A stretch of 64,000 nucleotides of DNA, taken from Promethearchaeota archaeon. Lineage in GTDB: Archaea > Asgardarchaeota > Lokiarchaeia > Sigyniarchaeales > SOKP01. The notes under the pieces are model-generated. The model was not told the origin of the DNA, did not search any database, and was given only the letters and a program-made list of their open reading frames with translations. Location: NCBI GenBank assembly GCA_030599585.1, contig JAUVNS010000008.1, forward strand, positions 160,001 to 224,000. The letters are read 5' to 3'. This document shows, in pieces, positions 9,900-20,194 of this stretch (its first letter is position 1; each line of letters opens with the position of its first letter). A program made the position numbers and the translations under genes.

Positions 9900-10100
9900 A
9901 TGAGTTCTTACGGTGAACAAAGAGATAGGGACGATGAGCGCATGCGCAGAGATATATCAGCGATACAAGATGGTATCCAAAGTTCGCACTCATCTGGGAG
10001 GGGTGGATCGGTTAGTAAGAAGAAAAATACAATGATTTGTGTTTCATTCCTCATGATTTTGATAGTCGCAATTGTTGTTGTTGTCCTTATTAATTTATAA
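9900..10100 (+). CDS. Small C-terminally anchored membrane protein, hypothetical
   Basis: GGAGGT RBS upstream; charged N-terminus, KKK, then a ~22-aa hydrophobic segment ending at the C-terminus; U-tract downstream. Confidence 0.65.
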   Translation: MSSYGEQRDRDDERMRRDISAIQDGIQSSHSSGRGGSVSKKKNTMICVSFLMILIVAIVVVVLINL

Positions 10101-10258
10101 TTATGTAAAGATCAGAACTTATCATAATACTTTTTTTTTCTTAAAAACATTTTCAAGCGAAATCCTAAGATTATGTCAAAAACTAAAAAACCAATCTAGT
10201 ATTTTTCTATCTAAGTAATTTATTTCTATAACTAAGAATCTAAGGAAGTCAATTTTTC

Positions 10259-11230
10259 ATGAGGAGTTATGATTTAGGAACATTAATAGCTAATTTTAAG
10301 AAAAAGGACAAAATTGCTTTAGCTAGATTAATTACCATTATCGAGAACGAACCTGAACGGGCACACGAGGTTTTTAAGCATTTTGAAGGAATAAAACACG
10401 AATCTTATATAATTGGACTTACTGGATCTCCTGGAGTGGGAAAAAGTACGTTAACGGGTGCCATAGCTCAAAAAATTTTGGATGAAGGAAAATCTGTAGG
10501 TATTATCTCCGTAGATCCAACGAGTCCTTTTAGTGGAGGGGCTTTTTTAGGAGATAGAGTTAGAATGACTAATATATCCTTACACCCTAATGTTTTTATG
10601 CGTAGTCTTGCTTCAAGAGGTTATAAAGGTGGGATATCAAGAGCAGTTTTCGACATCACAATGCTATATGAAGCTTTTGGAATCGATATAATCATTATTG
10701 AAACGGTGGGAGTTGGACAAGCTGAGTTTGATGTCTACAATTTAGTTTACACAGTTGTAGTTATCTTAGTTCCTGGTTACGGTGATGTTATTCAGATGCA
10801 AAAAGCTGGTATTATCGAGATTGGAGATATCTACGATGTAAACAAAAAAGATTTAGGGGGAGAAGATATAGCCGTACAAATTGAAATGATGCTCGACGAT
10901 ACTATATTTCAGAGTGGATACAGACCACCGGTTGTATTAACTGATGCTATTAAAGGTGAAGGTGTAGATGATTTGCTCCAATACATTTGGGAACATAAAG
11001 AACATATTGAGTTATCTGGTACAATTAAAGAAAAGCAAAAAAATCGGTTTAATTATAAGATAAAAGAACTGGTTTTCACCAAAGTAGAAAAATTAATCTC
11101 AGAAGAAGTTCTCAATAAGAATAAAATTAAGGAAATAGTAAATGACGCTTTGAATAATAGCAGCTTTAGAATTTATGACAAAGTCCACAATCTTTTCGAG
11201 AAACTGAAGTTTAAAATTGAAGGAGAATAA
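10259..11230 (+). CDS. meaB: MeaB/ArgK GTPase chaperone of B12-dependent acyl-CoA mutase
   Basis: ALARLITIIEN, GLTGSPGVGKST, VDPTSPFSGGAFLGDRVRM, IETVGVGQAE, NKKD. Confidence 0.93.
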   Translation: MRSYDLGTLIANFKKKDKIALARLITIIENEPERAHEVFKHFEGIKHESYIIGLTGSPGVGKSTLTGAIAQKILDEGKSVGIISVDPTSPFSGGAFLGDRVRMTNISLHPNVFMRSLASRGYKGGISRAVFDITMLYEAFGIDIIIIETVGVGQAEFDVYNLVYTVVVILVPGYGDVIQMQKAGIIEIGDIYDVNKKDLGGEDIAVQIEMMLDDTIFQSGYRPPVVLTDAIKGEGVDDLLQYIWEHKEHIELSGTIKEKQKNRFNYKIKELVFTKVEKLISEEVLNKNKIKEIVNDALNNSSFRIYDKVHNLFEKLKFKIEGE

Positions 11231-11356
11231 CACATCTTCCTCATTTGGCTCATTTTATTTAGAAAGGTCCCATTGTAACTACCTTATTCTCTCAAGAATT
11301 AAATAACCGTCTTTCAAATTTAGAAGGTAAAACTTATAACACTTTTTATCTAACTC

Positions 11357-12283
11357 GTGACTATGCTCTATAAAAATAAAAGAATCTCTCTCGAAGGGAA
11401 AATGGATGATTGGGGGCCCTTTGGCAAAGATGAGGGGAAATGGTTGATTTTTTCAATTGGAAACCCTGTAGAAGGTCATGGATATGCGCTACCAAGAAAC
11501 ATTGACGATCTACACTCACAACGAATTGCTCATCTTATCTCGTGCAGAACTGGAGGACGATATGTTGGTCATATACCATGGGCAACAGACAATTTCACTT
11601 CAATCGCCAAGGATTGGGCACCAAAATCAATTCCAGTAAAAGAAATAGTAAAAAATATCATATATTTTATAAAATTCCACACTGAAATTTATAAGAAAAT
11701 GGATTTACCGGTTTCGAGAGTTTTTATTTATTCGGGACATGGAGGAAACAATCCCCTTGTTCATCATGCTAAAAAAATACAAGATGCAATGCACTTAGAG
11801 AAACTAATTATATCTACAACGGAAGGAATCGCTGATGATAATATCGACAGGATAATGATAGAATTAGACAAACTATCTATTGAACTCGCAATTAAGGATG
11901 GAAATCCAAGGCAGATAAAAAGGACTTTACTTAAAATATTATTAAGTGCTGCGCATGCGGGGCATTTTGAACATTCACTTGGAGCAGCTTTAGGAGTTTT
12001 GGACGAAGAAAAGCTTAAAATTATGAATGCTGAATTGGAAAGAGATTTTGAATCTGCTCTTAATAAATGGCCTCCAATTGGAGGCTTAAGTGGTTTTTTA
12101 ATAGCAGGTGGAGAATATACAGAAGCTTTAGGGACAAAGGATAAAGATAAATTTGGATTATGGAATTGTTTGAAGCGACTACGCACACTTGATAATGGTA
12201 AAGTAAAAATTTTTAAAGAATTAGGGGAATTGGTTATAAATTTGTTAGTTGAATATTATTCTGAAATAATTTTGAGTAATTAA
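11357..12283 (+). CDS. Creatininase/ArfB-like metal-dependent amidohydrolase (deformylase)
   Basis: EGHGYALPRNIDD, SGHGGN, HAGHFEHS creatininase-family metal motifs. Confidence 0.75.
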   Translation: MTMLYKNKRISLEGKMDDWGPFGKDEGKWLIFSIGNPVEGHGYALPRNIDDLHSQRIAHLISCRTGGRYVGHIPWATDNFTSIAKDWAPKSIPVKEIVKNIIYFIKFHTEIYKKMDLPVSRVFIYSGHGGNNPLVHHAKKIQDAMHLEKLIISTTEGIADDNIDRIMIELDKLSIELAIKDGNPRQIKRTLLKILLSAAHAGHFEHSLGAALGVLDEEKLKIMNAELERDFESALNKWPPIGGLSGFLIAGGEYTEALGTKDKDKFGLWNCLKRLRTLDNGKVKIFKELGELVINLLVEYYSEIILSN

Positions 12284-12453
12284 TTTCTTCTTTTATTGAT
12301 AGGTAGGATCATTTATACTGAATTTTTTTTGAATTCCCTTCATATACCAATAAATCTTTAGATATAACTTTAAATTAAATCTAAACGTAAATTCATTTAC
12401 TAAAAAAATTTAACAATAAGTAACCTACTATAATTTAAAATAAGGTTTTGCAA

Positions 12454-13854
12454 ATGGAAAAAGAAATTGAAACAATTGAAATTAAACACTCTAAAAAGAA
12501 CATGGTTTCATATGGTTTTGGGGCTTATATTAGCGAATTTTTTGGTATGGCCTTCGGAGCGTATGTATTCTTTTATTATGAGACCGTGATTGGATTAGAT
12601 GTCTGGTTAACTAGTATAGGCTTCATCATTTTCGCACTCTGGAACGCAGTGAATGACCCCTTAATTGGTTTTTTAACAGATCGTCCCTTTAAATTTACAA
12701 AAAAATGGGGAAGGCGACTTCCATGGGTTATAATTGGAGGGGTTCCTTGGATACTTAGTTACCTACTGCTATTTACTCCACCAGACGTCGATCCAAATAG
12801 TGGGGCTATCATTTTATTTATTTGGCTCGTGGTTATGACATGTTTGTATGACACATTTGCTTCACTCTTTCAAGTAAATTATTATTCTATTTTTCCAGAT
12901 AAATTTCGAGGAGATAGCGAACGAAGATTAGCTTCTACTTTAAGTACTCAGGTGGCAGCTCTTGGATTAGCCTCAGGATCGCTAATTCCAAGTCTTTTTA
13001 TTGTATTTGGAGAAAGAAGCACATATACCCTACAGGCAGGAGTTGCTGTAATTGTATGTTTACTAGCTCTAGTAGCTGTAATTCCTGGCAGCCGTGAAGA
13101 TCAAGTGCGAATTGATTGTTATCTTGAGAATTGTGAAGAAGAAGTGGAAAGAAGGCCATTTTTGAAAGAATTTAAAGCTATCATAAAACACAAGAACTAT
13201 ATGGCATATGTGATTTCCTTTATGTTTTACACGTGCTTAGTGGCAACAATGGTAGGATCCATTCCATATGTGGCACAATTTGTATTAAATGTGGAAGCTA
13301 AGGATATTATGCTAATAATGGCTGCTCTTCTTATAGGATTGTTTATATCGATGCCCATTTGGAGTAAGATAGCCGATAAAACGAATAACGACAGAAAAAC
13401 AATGTTAATTGCTGCCACATTCTTAACAATTGCTACAATACCGCTTTTCTTTATCAATAATTATTTCATCATGATCTTGGCAATGTTTATCTGGGGAATC
13501 GGTGAAGGTGGCTATTGGGTTATGCTCTCCCCAGTTAGATCGACTGTGATAGATGAAGCTGTGGTTATGTCAGGTAGGAGAACAGAAGGAATCTATCAAG
13601 GCTTTCAAACATTTGTCAGCAGAGTAGCTTTAGTTGCTCAAGCTCTTAGCTTTTCTATAGTCCATACTATTACTGGGTTCGTGGAAACATCCGACACTCA
13701 AACTCCCTCAGCGATATTAGGTGTTCAAATACATTTTGCTTTACTCCCCATGATTTTCATGGTTATCTCAACAATAATCCTCTGGAAATTTTTCAAGTTG
13801 ACACCTGACAAAGTTAAAGAAAATAAAGAGAAACTAAAAGAAATGCGTCTATAA
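12454..13854 (+). CDS. GPH family (MelB-like) MFS sugar:cation symporter
   Basis: WNAVNDPLIGFLTDR...WGRRLPW, GRRTEGIY motifs; about 12 TMs; ATG 12454 (TTG 12448 alternative). Confidence 0.9.
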   Translation: MEKEIETIEIKHSKKNMVSYGFGAYISEFFGMAFGAYVFFYYETVIGLDVWLTSIGFIIFALWNAVNDPLIGFLTDRPFKFTKKWGRRLPWVIIGGVPWILSYLLLFTPPDVDPNSGAIILFIWLVVMTCLYDTFASLFQVNYYSIFPDKFRGDSERRLASTLSTQVAALGLASGSLIPSLFIVFGERSTYTLQAGVAVIVCLLALVAVIPGSREDQVRIDCYLENCEEEVERRPFLKEFKAIIKHKNYMAYVISFMFYTCLVATMVGSIPYVAQFVLNVEAKDIMLIMAALLIGLFISMPIWSKIADKTNNDRKTMLIAATFLTIATIPLFFINNYFIMILAMFIWGIGEGGYWVMLSPVRSTVIDEAVVMSGRRTEGIYQGFQTFVSRVALVAQALSFSIVHTITGFVETSDTQTPSAILGVQIHFALLPMIFMVISTIILWKFFKLTPDKVKENKEKLKEMRL

Positions 13855-14004
13855 TTAAACCAATCTAATATATTTTTTTTTTTCACCTTTTTTAATACTT
13901 CAATCTAGTTGTAAAAGACAATCTCCTTGCTTTTTTATGAAAAAAAACGTTTTTATAGTTTAACAACTAAGATCAAATAATTAAAGTAAAAGAAATGAAA
14001 AAAT

Positions 14005-15501
14005 ATGAATAAAACGGTCATTATTGAAACTAAGTCGGGAAAAATACAGGGCTTTAAGGAAAACGGAATAGAAATATTTAAAGGAATTCCTTATGGAGAA
14101 CCTCCAATAGATGATTTACGATTTTCTCCTCCCGTTTTGAAAAAATACTGGGACGATATATTAGAAGCTACTGAATATGGGCACTGTGCGCACCAAGGAC
14201 ACACTCAACTCGAAGATTTTATGGGTAAACTTCAACCCGAAAGTGAAGACTGTTTAAATCTTAATATTTGGACACCTAGTATAGATAATAAGAAGCGCCC
14301 AGTGATGTTCTGGATTCACGGGGGTAGTTTTATTTTTGGAGGTGGGATTGATACCGTGTATGATGGTTCAGCTTTAGCCCGGCGTGGCGATGTTGTGGTA
14401 GTTACAATCAATTATCGATTAGGGGCTTTAGGTTACTTACATCTTCCCGGTGTTACGGCTAATGTCGGGCACCTCGATCAAATCTTAGCGCTTAAATGGG
14501 TTTGCGATAATATTGGACTATTTGGAGGGGATTCAAGTAATGTAACGATTTTTGGTGAATCTGCGGGGGGTTATTCAGTAGTTGCTTTAGCTGCTATGCC
14601 TGCTGCTAAGGGATTGTTTCATCGTATAATTGCACAGAGCGCTCCTGCTATTGATCCAAAGGTAACAAAGAAACCCTCTAAAAAATTAATGCGTATGCTA
14701 GATGTTGAAAAGGGGGATCTTGACGCATTGCGTAAGATATCTCCCGAAAAAATCATAGAAGCGCAGAATAAGCTTATAGCCGAGGATCCTACAAATCTTC
14801 TTGCTTTTCGACCTCTTATAGACGGAGAGACATTACCAATGCATCCTTTAAAAGCTTTTCAAAATGGTGCTTGTAAGGATATTGAATTTATGATTGGCAC
14901 TAATCTGGATGAAGCTAAGTTGTTTACTGCTCTTGATCCTGAAATGAGTAAAATGAATAATGTCGATGGAGAAAAACACCTTATCGGTTTTCTAGGCAGA
15001 TTAGGTATAGATCTTGCTAAAAGTAAAGCGATAATTGATGCATACAAGCAAGCAAGAGAAGGCATTTTTTCTATCGAACCCTTAGAAATTATGAACGCAC
15101 TTCTCACCGATTACATTTTTCGTATTTCTACAATACACTTACTTGAAGCTCAGAGTAAACATCAATCCAACACATATAACTACCTGTTTACTTGACCATC
15201 TCCAGGTTTCAATGGAGAATTAGGTGCTTGTCACGCTCTTGAGATTCCTTTCGTTTTTAACACACTCACTAATCCTGCTTTTAAAGTTTTTATGGGCAAA
15301 AGTCCCGATTTAGATGCTATTAGTCATAGAGTTATGGATGCATGGATTGCCTTTGCTCGTACTGGAAACCCAAACCACGAAGGTATACCTAAGTGGTTGC
15401 CATATGATGTTGAAAAGAGGCCGACTATGTTAATAGATCACGAGTTTAAAGTCGTTGAAAAGTTTCTTGATAAAGAACGAGTTGCTTGGGACGATATTTA
15501 G
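14005..15501 (+). pseudogene. Type-B carboxylesterase (PnbA-like) interrupted by an in-frame TGA at 15193-15195
   Basis: FKGIPYG, SEDCLNLNIW, WIHGG, FGESAG nucleophile motif; the frame continues past TGA as PSPGFNGELGACHALEIPFVF...WIAFARTGNPN to the stop at 15501. Confidence 0.85.
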
Positions 15502-15528
15502 TAAAACTCAAATTTTTTTTAAATTTTT

Positions 15529-16317
15529 TTAATCTTTTTTAAGCCATTCTTTAAGTGCTGCTTTAACAGAGCGACGCATTTCTACTGAATATTCGGCCCC
15601 TAGTTTACCAAGATAGAGTTGTTGCCCCATATTTTCTGCTCCTTTCACTACGATTTTTCTCTTGTCATCCTTTAACATGTCCTTAAAATCTTTTTCGCTT
15701 AATTTTGAGTATTTATTTGTGAAGAGAATAAATTTTTGAGGAAAGCGTGTTGTGAGGGGGATTTTGTTTTTATCTCCTTTAGGATAACCATAACAGATCA
15801 TTGTTATAGGAAATACCCATTTAGGAAGGTCAAACATCTCACGGTGAATTTCGTAGTTTTCCATAATATCTCCAATATAACATGAGCCAATACCTAAAGC
15901 TTCAGCGGCGACTACGGAATTTTGAGCAGCAATTAAAGCATCACAACAAGCAAGAAGTAAATCAGATTCTTGAGGTGTTTGGAACTCTTTACCTATTTCA
16001 TCACATTTTTCCTTGACTTTACTTACTTCAAAGTAATCCCACCATCGCTGCATGTCAGCTAAAAACAATAAAACTAACGGTGCTTTAGCAATATGAGGTT
16101 GATTATCGCAAGTTTTTACTAATTTATCTTTTAGTTTTTGATCACTAACTTGAATCATCGAATACATCATTAAGTTTCCAGCTGTAGGGGCTCTCATTGC
16201 TCCTTGGATGATAGCGTCTATTTCATCTTGAGAGAGAGTTTTAGGATTGTACGCACGAATCGTTCTTCTATTTTTTATTAAGTCTAATGTGTGATTTTTT
16301 TGACTTTTCTCATCCAT
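15529..16317 (-). CDS. Nitroreductase / NADPH-flavin oxidoreductase (NfsA/Frp-like)
   Basis: NRRTIRAY, APTAGNLMMYS, DALIAAQN...AEALGIGSCYIG; ATG 16317 (GTG 16329 alternative). Confidence 0.9.
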   Translation of the reverse strand: MDEKSQKNHTLDLIKNRRTIRAYNPKTLSQDEIDAIIQGAMRAPTAGNLMMYSMIQVSDQKLKDKLVKTCDNQPHIAKAPLVLLFLADMQRWWDYFEVSKVKEKCDEIGKEFQTPQESDLLLACCDALIAAQNSVVAAEALGIGSCYIGDIMENYEIHREMFDLPKWVFPITMICYGYPKGDKNKIPLTTRFPQKFILFTNKYSKLSEKDFKDMLKDDKRKIVVKGAENMGQQLYLGKLGAEYSVEMRRSVKAALKEWLKKD

Positions 16318-16516
16318 AGTTAATTTCACATTATTTAATATTTAAAAATTTATTTTTTTTTGTTCAACTGTATCCTCAAACATCTTTAATTCGTAAATCT
16401 AAAAATTAGGTAAAGAAGAATTATAGCTCTCTGATTGTTAGATAACTGTACCTCATTCTTTAAAAAGGGACATAAATATTCTAGATATAAATACTGACAA
16501 TAAAAAGGTGTATTGA

Positions 16517-17110
16517 ATGAAATCAAGAAATTATAAAATTAAAGCTAAGCTAAGTTCGGCATTTACCAGCCTTTCCTCATATCTAATCCTCCTAGTCCAA
16601 TATGTTCCTGCAACGGGTATATGGTTTGGTATCATGAGTATTCCATTGGTTACCTACATAATCTTCTTTTTCCAGGATCCAAACATTCTTTTTAATGACA
16701 TTCAATTCTTAACGCGATCTTATGGGTTTTATGTGGTAATATTTGGCTTAATATTTTTTATTTATACTGTTGTTTATCAATTAACACATAGGAAACAATT
16801 AATGCGAACTGGACCTTATAAATACATTAGACATCCGCAGTATATATCTTTCATTATCATGACTCTAGGTATGACATTAGTAGCTTTTCAAACATCTCCC
16901 ATATTCGATTTTATACTTTATAATGTTGAGGGCCATACAATCCTCTTTTTAATCTGGATTGGTGAGGTACTGGCTTATATTGTTTTAGGCAAGATCGAAG
17001 AACTAGCCTTAAAATCTAAATATGGAGATAAATTCTTAGAATATGCAAACGAAGTATCATTTATGATTCCTTTCCTTAAAATTAATAAGATAAACCTCAA
17101 TAAGAAATAA
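16517..17110 (+). CDS. ICMT/PEMT-family membrane methyltransferase-like protein
   Basis: LMRTGPYKYIRHPQY and EELALKSKYGDKFLEY...FMIP motifs; multiple TMs. Confidence 0.8.
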   Translation: MKSRNYKIKAKLSSAFTSLSSYLILLVQYVPATGIWFGIMSIPLVTYIIFFFQDPNILFNDIQFLTRSYGFYVVIFGLIFFIYTVVYQLTHRKQLMRTGPYKYIRHPQYISFIIMTLGMTLVAFQTSPIFDFILYNVEGHTILFLIWIGEVLAYIVLGKIEELALKSKYGDKFLEYANEVSFMIPFLKINKINLNKK

Positions 17111-17118
17111 GTAGGAAT

Positions 17119-17823
17119 ATGAAATTTCATAAATTTAAAATATCTTTTTTTTTCAAATTAGGTTTAACTCTTTGCTCTCTTGCTCTACTCATAATTATCT
17201 TCACTTTGTTAATCCTTTTTTTAGAGCCTATATTCGATCCTAGCATTTACTTCATAAGCCAAGTTGTAATCACCCTTCTAATAATAACTCTAATTTTTGT
17301 TACTGTTTTTACAGTTCTTACAGTTAACGATTATAGGATATATTTTACTAGAAAAAATTATGTAAAACAAGGAAGGTCGTATCTATCTCTCGCTGACATC
17401 TTTGAAAACGAAAATCGGTTGAAAATTTTGACCCAAATCCTCAATAATCCCGGAATCCATCACAATGAATTGCAAAGATCCTGTGATTTGCAGAAAGGTC
17501 AATTACAGTGGCATTTAGAAACATTATTAAAAAATAACATAATAAAAAAGGAAAAACATGGGCAATATACTATCTATTTTCCAATAACATCCTCTTCAGA
17601 AGCAATTAACACGTATAAAAATCGATTAAATAAATCAAAGACTACTAAAAATGTGTTTGATATAATTATAAAAAATCCGGGGATAAATTCCGCTGAAATC
17701 TCTCGTGTGTTAAACCTTTCCCGTAATTCCATTAAATACCATGTTGATAAGTTAATTGAAAAGCAACTAATCAAGTTAGAAAAAAAAGGACATACCTTCG
17801 AATTATATGAATCCAATCCTTAA
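17119..17823 (+). CDS. Membrane-anchored tandem winged-helix DNA-binding protein
   Basis: Two N-terminal TMs followed by two wHTH repeats (NPGIHHNEL...LQWHL; NPGINSAEI...IKYHV). Confidence 0.8.
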   Translation: MKFHKFKISFFFKLGLTLCSLALLIIIFTLLILFLEPIFDPSIYFISQVVITLLIITLIFVTVFTVLTVNDYRIYFTRKNYVKQGRSYLSLADIFENENRLKILTQILNNPGIHHNELQRSCDLQKGQLQWHLETLLKNNIIKKEKHGQYTIYFPITSSSEAINTYKNRLNKSKTTKNVFDIIIKNPGINSAEISRVLNLSRNSIKYHVDKLIEKQLIKLEKKGHTFELYESNP

Positions 17824-17868
17824 GATAGTAATTTAAGAAATCTCAGCATCATTTTTAATTCTTGTTGG

Positions 17869-18057
17869 TTGATTTCGGCAATAGATATTCTCATTCTTTT
17901 CCAAATAGTATTTCCAATTTTCTTATATTTAATGGGTTTAATATATTCTCCAATACAAATATCAGCAGAAAAGCGAAAAAAATTGGAACCCAAAATTAAA
18001 GACAAGATGAACCAAGGGGGAGTAATATACTATGATAACAATGTGGATTATGAATGA
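17869..18057 (+). pseudogene. Possible remnant resembling the last TM and tail of a GPH transporter
   Basis: ILILFQIVFPIFLYLMGLIYSPIQISAEKRKKLE resembles GPH C-termini (compare the ends of 12454..13854 and 18173..19600); weak TTG start. Confidence 0.3.
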
Positions 18058-18172
18058 TTAGTGATTAAAACTGTGAAAGAAACTATGAAACCTAAGGATA
18101 TTTATATGAATAAAAATAATACTTTTTAACAATTAATATTAGAATTTAAAAATAAAAAAATTGGTTTAAAAT

Positions 18173-19600
18173 ATGTCAAAAAAAGAAGAACTTTCCGAGT
18201 GGAAAATCGCACCTACAAAGAAGATGGCTGGCTATGGCTTCGGTTATATCATTGTGAATTATTTATTACTGTATGGATTATCTTCAATGGACTTTTTTTA
18301 CCGAAATGTAATTGGTCTTAGTGCTGAACTAATTCTAGCGGCGATGATTATATTTGCAATATGGAATATGATCAATGATCCATTATTAGGCTTTTTAACT
18401 GATAGACCAATGAAATGGACTAAAAAAAGGGGATTACGAGCACCTTGGGTTGTACTTATGACTGCTCCAATGTTGATATTTTTCATACTTATCTGGACGG
18501 CACCAGTAGCAACTGGGGATGGAATGAATAGTCTCATATACTTGCTTGTTATTGTAAGCCTATTCGATTCATTTTTCTCAATTTACAATGGCCATCTATA
18601 TGGCGGATACACTAACCAATTTCCTTCAAAGTTCGAGCGTAGGAAATCGTTTATGTTAATGACAGTGATGTTGTTTATAACGCTTATTGTTTTGCAGGTT
18701 GTGCAATCACTTATTTTAGAAGCAGGGGAGATAGAGCAGCAACCGTATATCACTAATTCAATAGTAATGGTGATAATATTGGCCATTTTCACTGTCCCTA
18801 CTATAAAGTTTGGAATTGGTGAATCAGAAGAAATGAAATCGATGTTCATTGAAAAATATGAATCTGCTGAAAAAGCCAGTTTCATGGAAGTGGTAAAAAC
18901 AGCTCTTAAAACAAAGAACTTCCGGATTTCGCTCCTTGGGTACACTATTCAAGTAACAGCGACAACTTTATGGAATGCAGCTCAACTTTACTTCTTTAAT
19001 GATGTCTATGGAATAGGTATCGGTGCACAAAGAATACCACTATTGCTTAGTATTATAGCTGCTATTGCTTCGATCCCGTTCTGGTCTAATTTTACTAGAA
19101 AAGGTAATTTCAAGAGAACTTATTGGGTTGCATTTTTGTTACATGGTATTGCGTATCTACCTTTTATGGCTATGTTAGCTATACCTTACGGATCAGGAAC
19201 ATTAACTATAATGCATACAGTATTTTTATTTATCAATAATATATTTTTCGCAGGCGAGGTCACTATGTTGATGCCGGTGGCAGCAGACACATATGACGAA
19301 GTAGCAATTAAATTAGGAAAACGAGCTGATGCCACATTCGTGGGGATTCGGAGCTTTTTCTTCCGTATAGCGTTTCTCGTACAGGCACTAGTGTTCTTTA
19401 TAGTATTAACTTCTACGGGTTATGTTCCCGCCGCCCTAACTCAATCTGAGCCAACTAAAGTGGGAATTATGGTAATGGGGGCATTGATTCCGAGTATTTT
19501 ATTCATTGTGATGTCCCAGATATTTAGAAAATACTATACTCTTGAAGGAAAAGAAAAAGACGACATGATCAAAGCTCTTAAAGAAGCTGGTTTATACTAA
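18173..19600 (+). CDS. GPH family MFS sugar transporter
   Basis: WNMINDPLLGFLTDR...GLRAPW; about 12 TMs; paralog of 12454..13854. Confidence 0.9.
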   Translation: MSKKEELSEWKIAPTKKMAGYGFGYIIVNYLLLYGLSSMDFFYRNVIGLSAELILAAMIIFAIWNMINDPLLGFLTDRPMKWTKKRGLRAPWVVLMTAPMLIFFILIWTAPVATGDGMNSLIYLLVIVSLFDSFFSIYNGHLYGGYTNQFPSKFERRKSFMLMTVMLFITLIVLQVVQSLILEAGEIEQQPYITNSIVMVIILAIFTVPTIKFGIGESEEMKSMFIEKYESAEKASFMEVVKTALKTKNFRISLLGYTIQVTATTLWNAAQLYFFNDVYGIGIGAQRIPLLLSIIAAIASIPFWSNFTRKGNFKRTYWVAFLLHGIAYLPFMAMLAIPYGSGTLTIMHTVFLFINNIFFAGEVTMLMPVAADTYDEVAIKLGKRADATFVGIRSFFFRIAFLVQALVFFIVLTSTGYVPAALTQSEPTKVGIMVMGALIPSILFIVMSQIFRKYYTLEGKEKDDMIKALKEAGLY

Positions 19601-19639
19601 ATTCATAGATTGCAAAATTAAAACGATGCGTGATAAAAA

Positions 19640-20062
19640 ATGTCGATAGACACTCCTAAAAAACCAAGACTCAAGGGTTTTGCCAAGTTCATAGGAAGTT
19701 TAGTTAATATATCCATGGGAAAACAAGAATGCCAAGATTTCGTTCAAGCACAAAAGACCCGGGTTCTTTTAAGTAATCTACAAGATAAAAAATGGGCTGC
19801 ATTGGTCTCGGTTATTAACGATTGTGTTACAGTTGAAGGGATAGAAAAGGGTCCAGATTTCGATATAAAAAAAGTGGGTAAAAATCTTAGAGCATGGGCT
19901 TGGTGGGAAATTCCATCAACCGAAACAATGGTAGATGCAAAAAACTGGAAATCTGGGAAATGGATACTTAAAATGGGAGGAAAGAAAACAAAAGGAGCCT
20001 CACAAATAGCGATTATTGCTCAAGTTCTATCGTATGCTCGTTCATCTGAATCATCTGAATAA
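19640..20062 (+). CDS. Hypothetical protein (possibly SCP2 sterol/lipid-carrier-like fold)
   Basis: Clean 140-aa ORF followed by a U-tract; helix-beta-beta-beta pattern and C-terminal K..KG...I reminiscent of SCP2 (weak). Confidence 0.55.
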   Translation: MSIDTPKKPRLKGFAKFIGSLVNISMGKQECQDFVQAQKTRVLLSNLQDKKWAALVSVINDCVTVEGIEKGPDFDIKKVGKNLRAWAWWEIPSTETMVDAKNWKSGKWILKMGGKKTKGASQIAIIAQVLSYARSSESSE

Positions 20063-20194
20063 AGGGTATTAAAATTTATAACTTCTATTTTTTTTTTTTA
20101 ATTTTTTTAATAACTGATGTTTAACCACATTTGGTTTGCTTTAATGGTTATATATTTCTACTTGCTGATATTTGGGTATTTTTAAATCTTAATC

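Noticed and set aside
15193-15528. Selenocysteine or genome-wide UGA=Trp recoding for the esterase TGA
   Set aside because: The aligned residue is Trp, not Cys; only 27 AT-rich nt follow the gene before a convergent CDS, with no SECIS-like hairpin visible; TGA terminates many other genes and TGG encodes Trp throughout.
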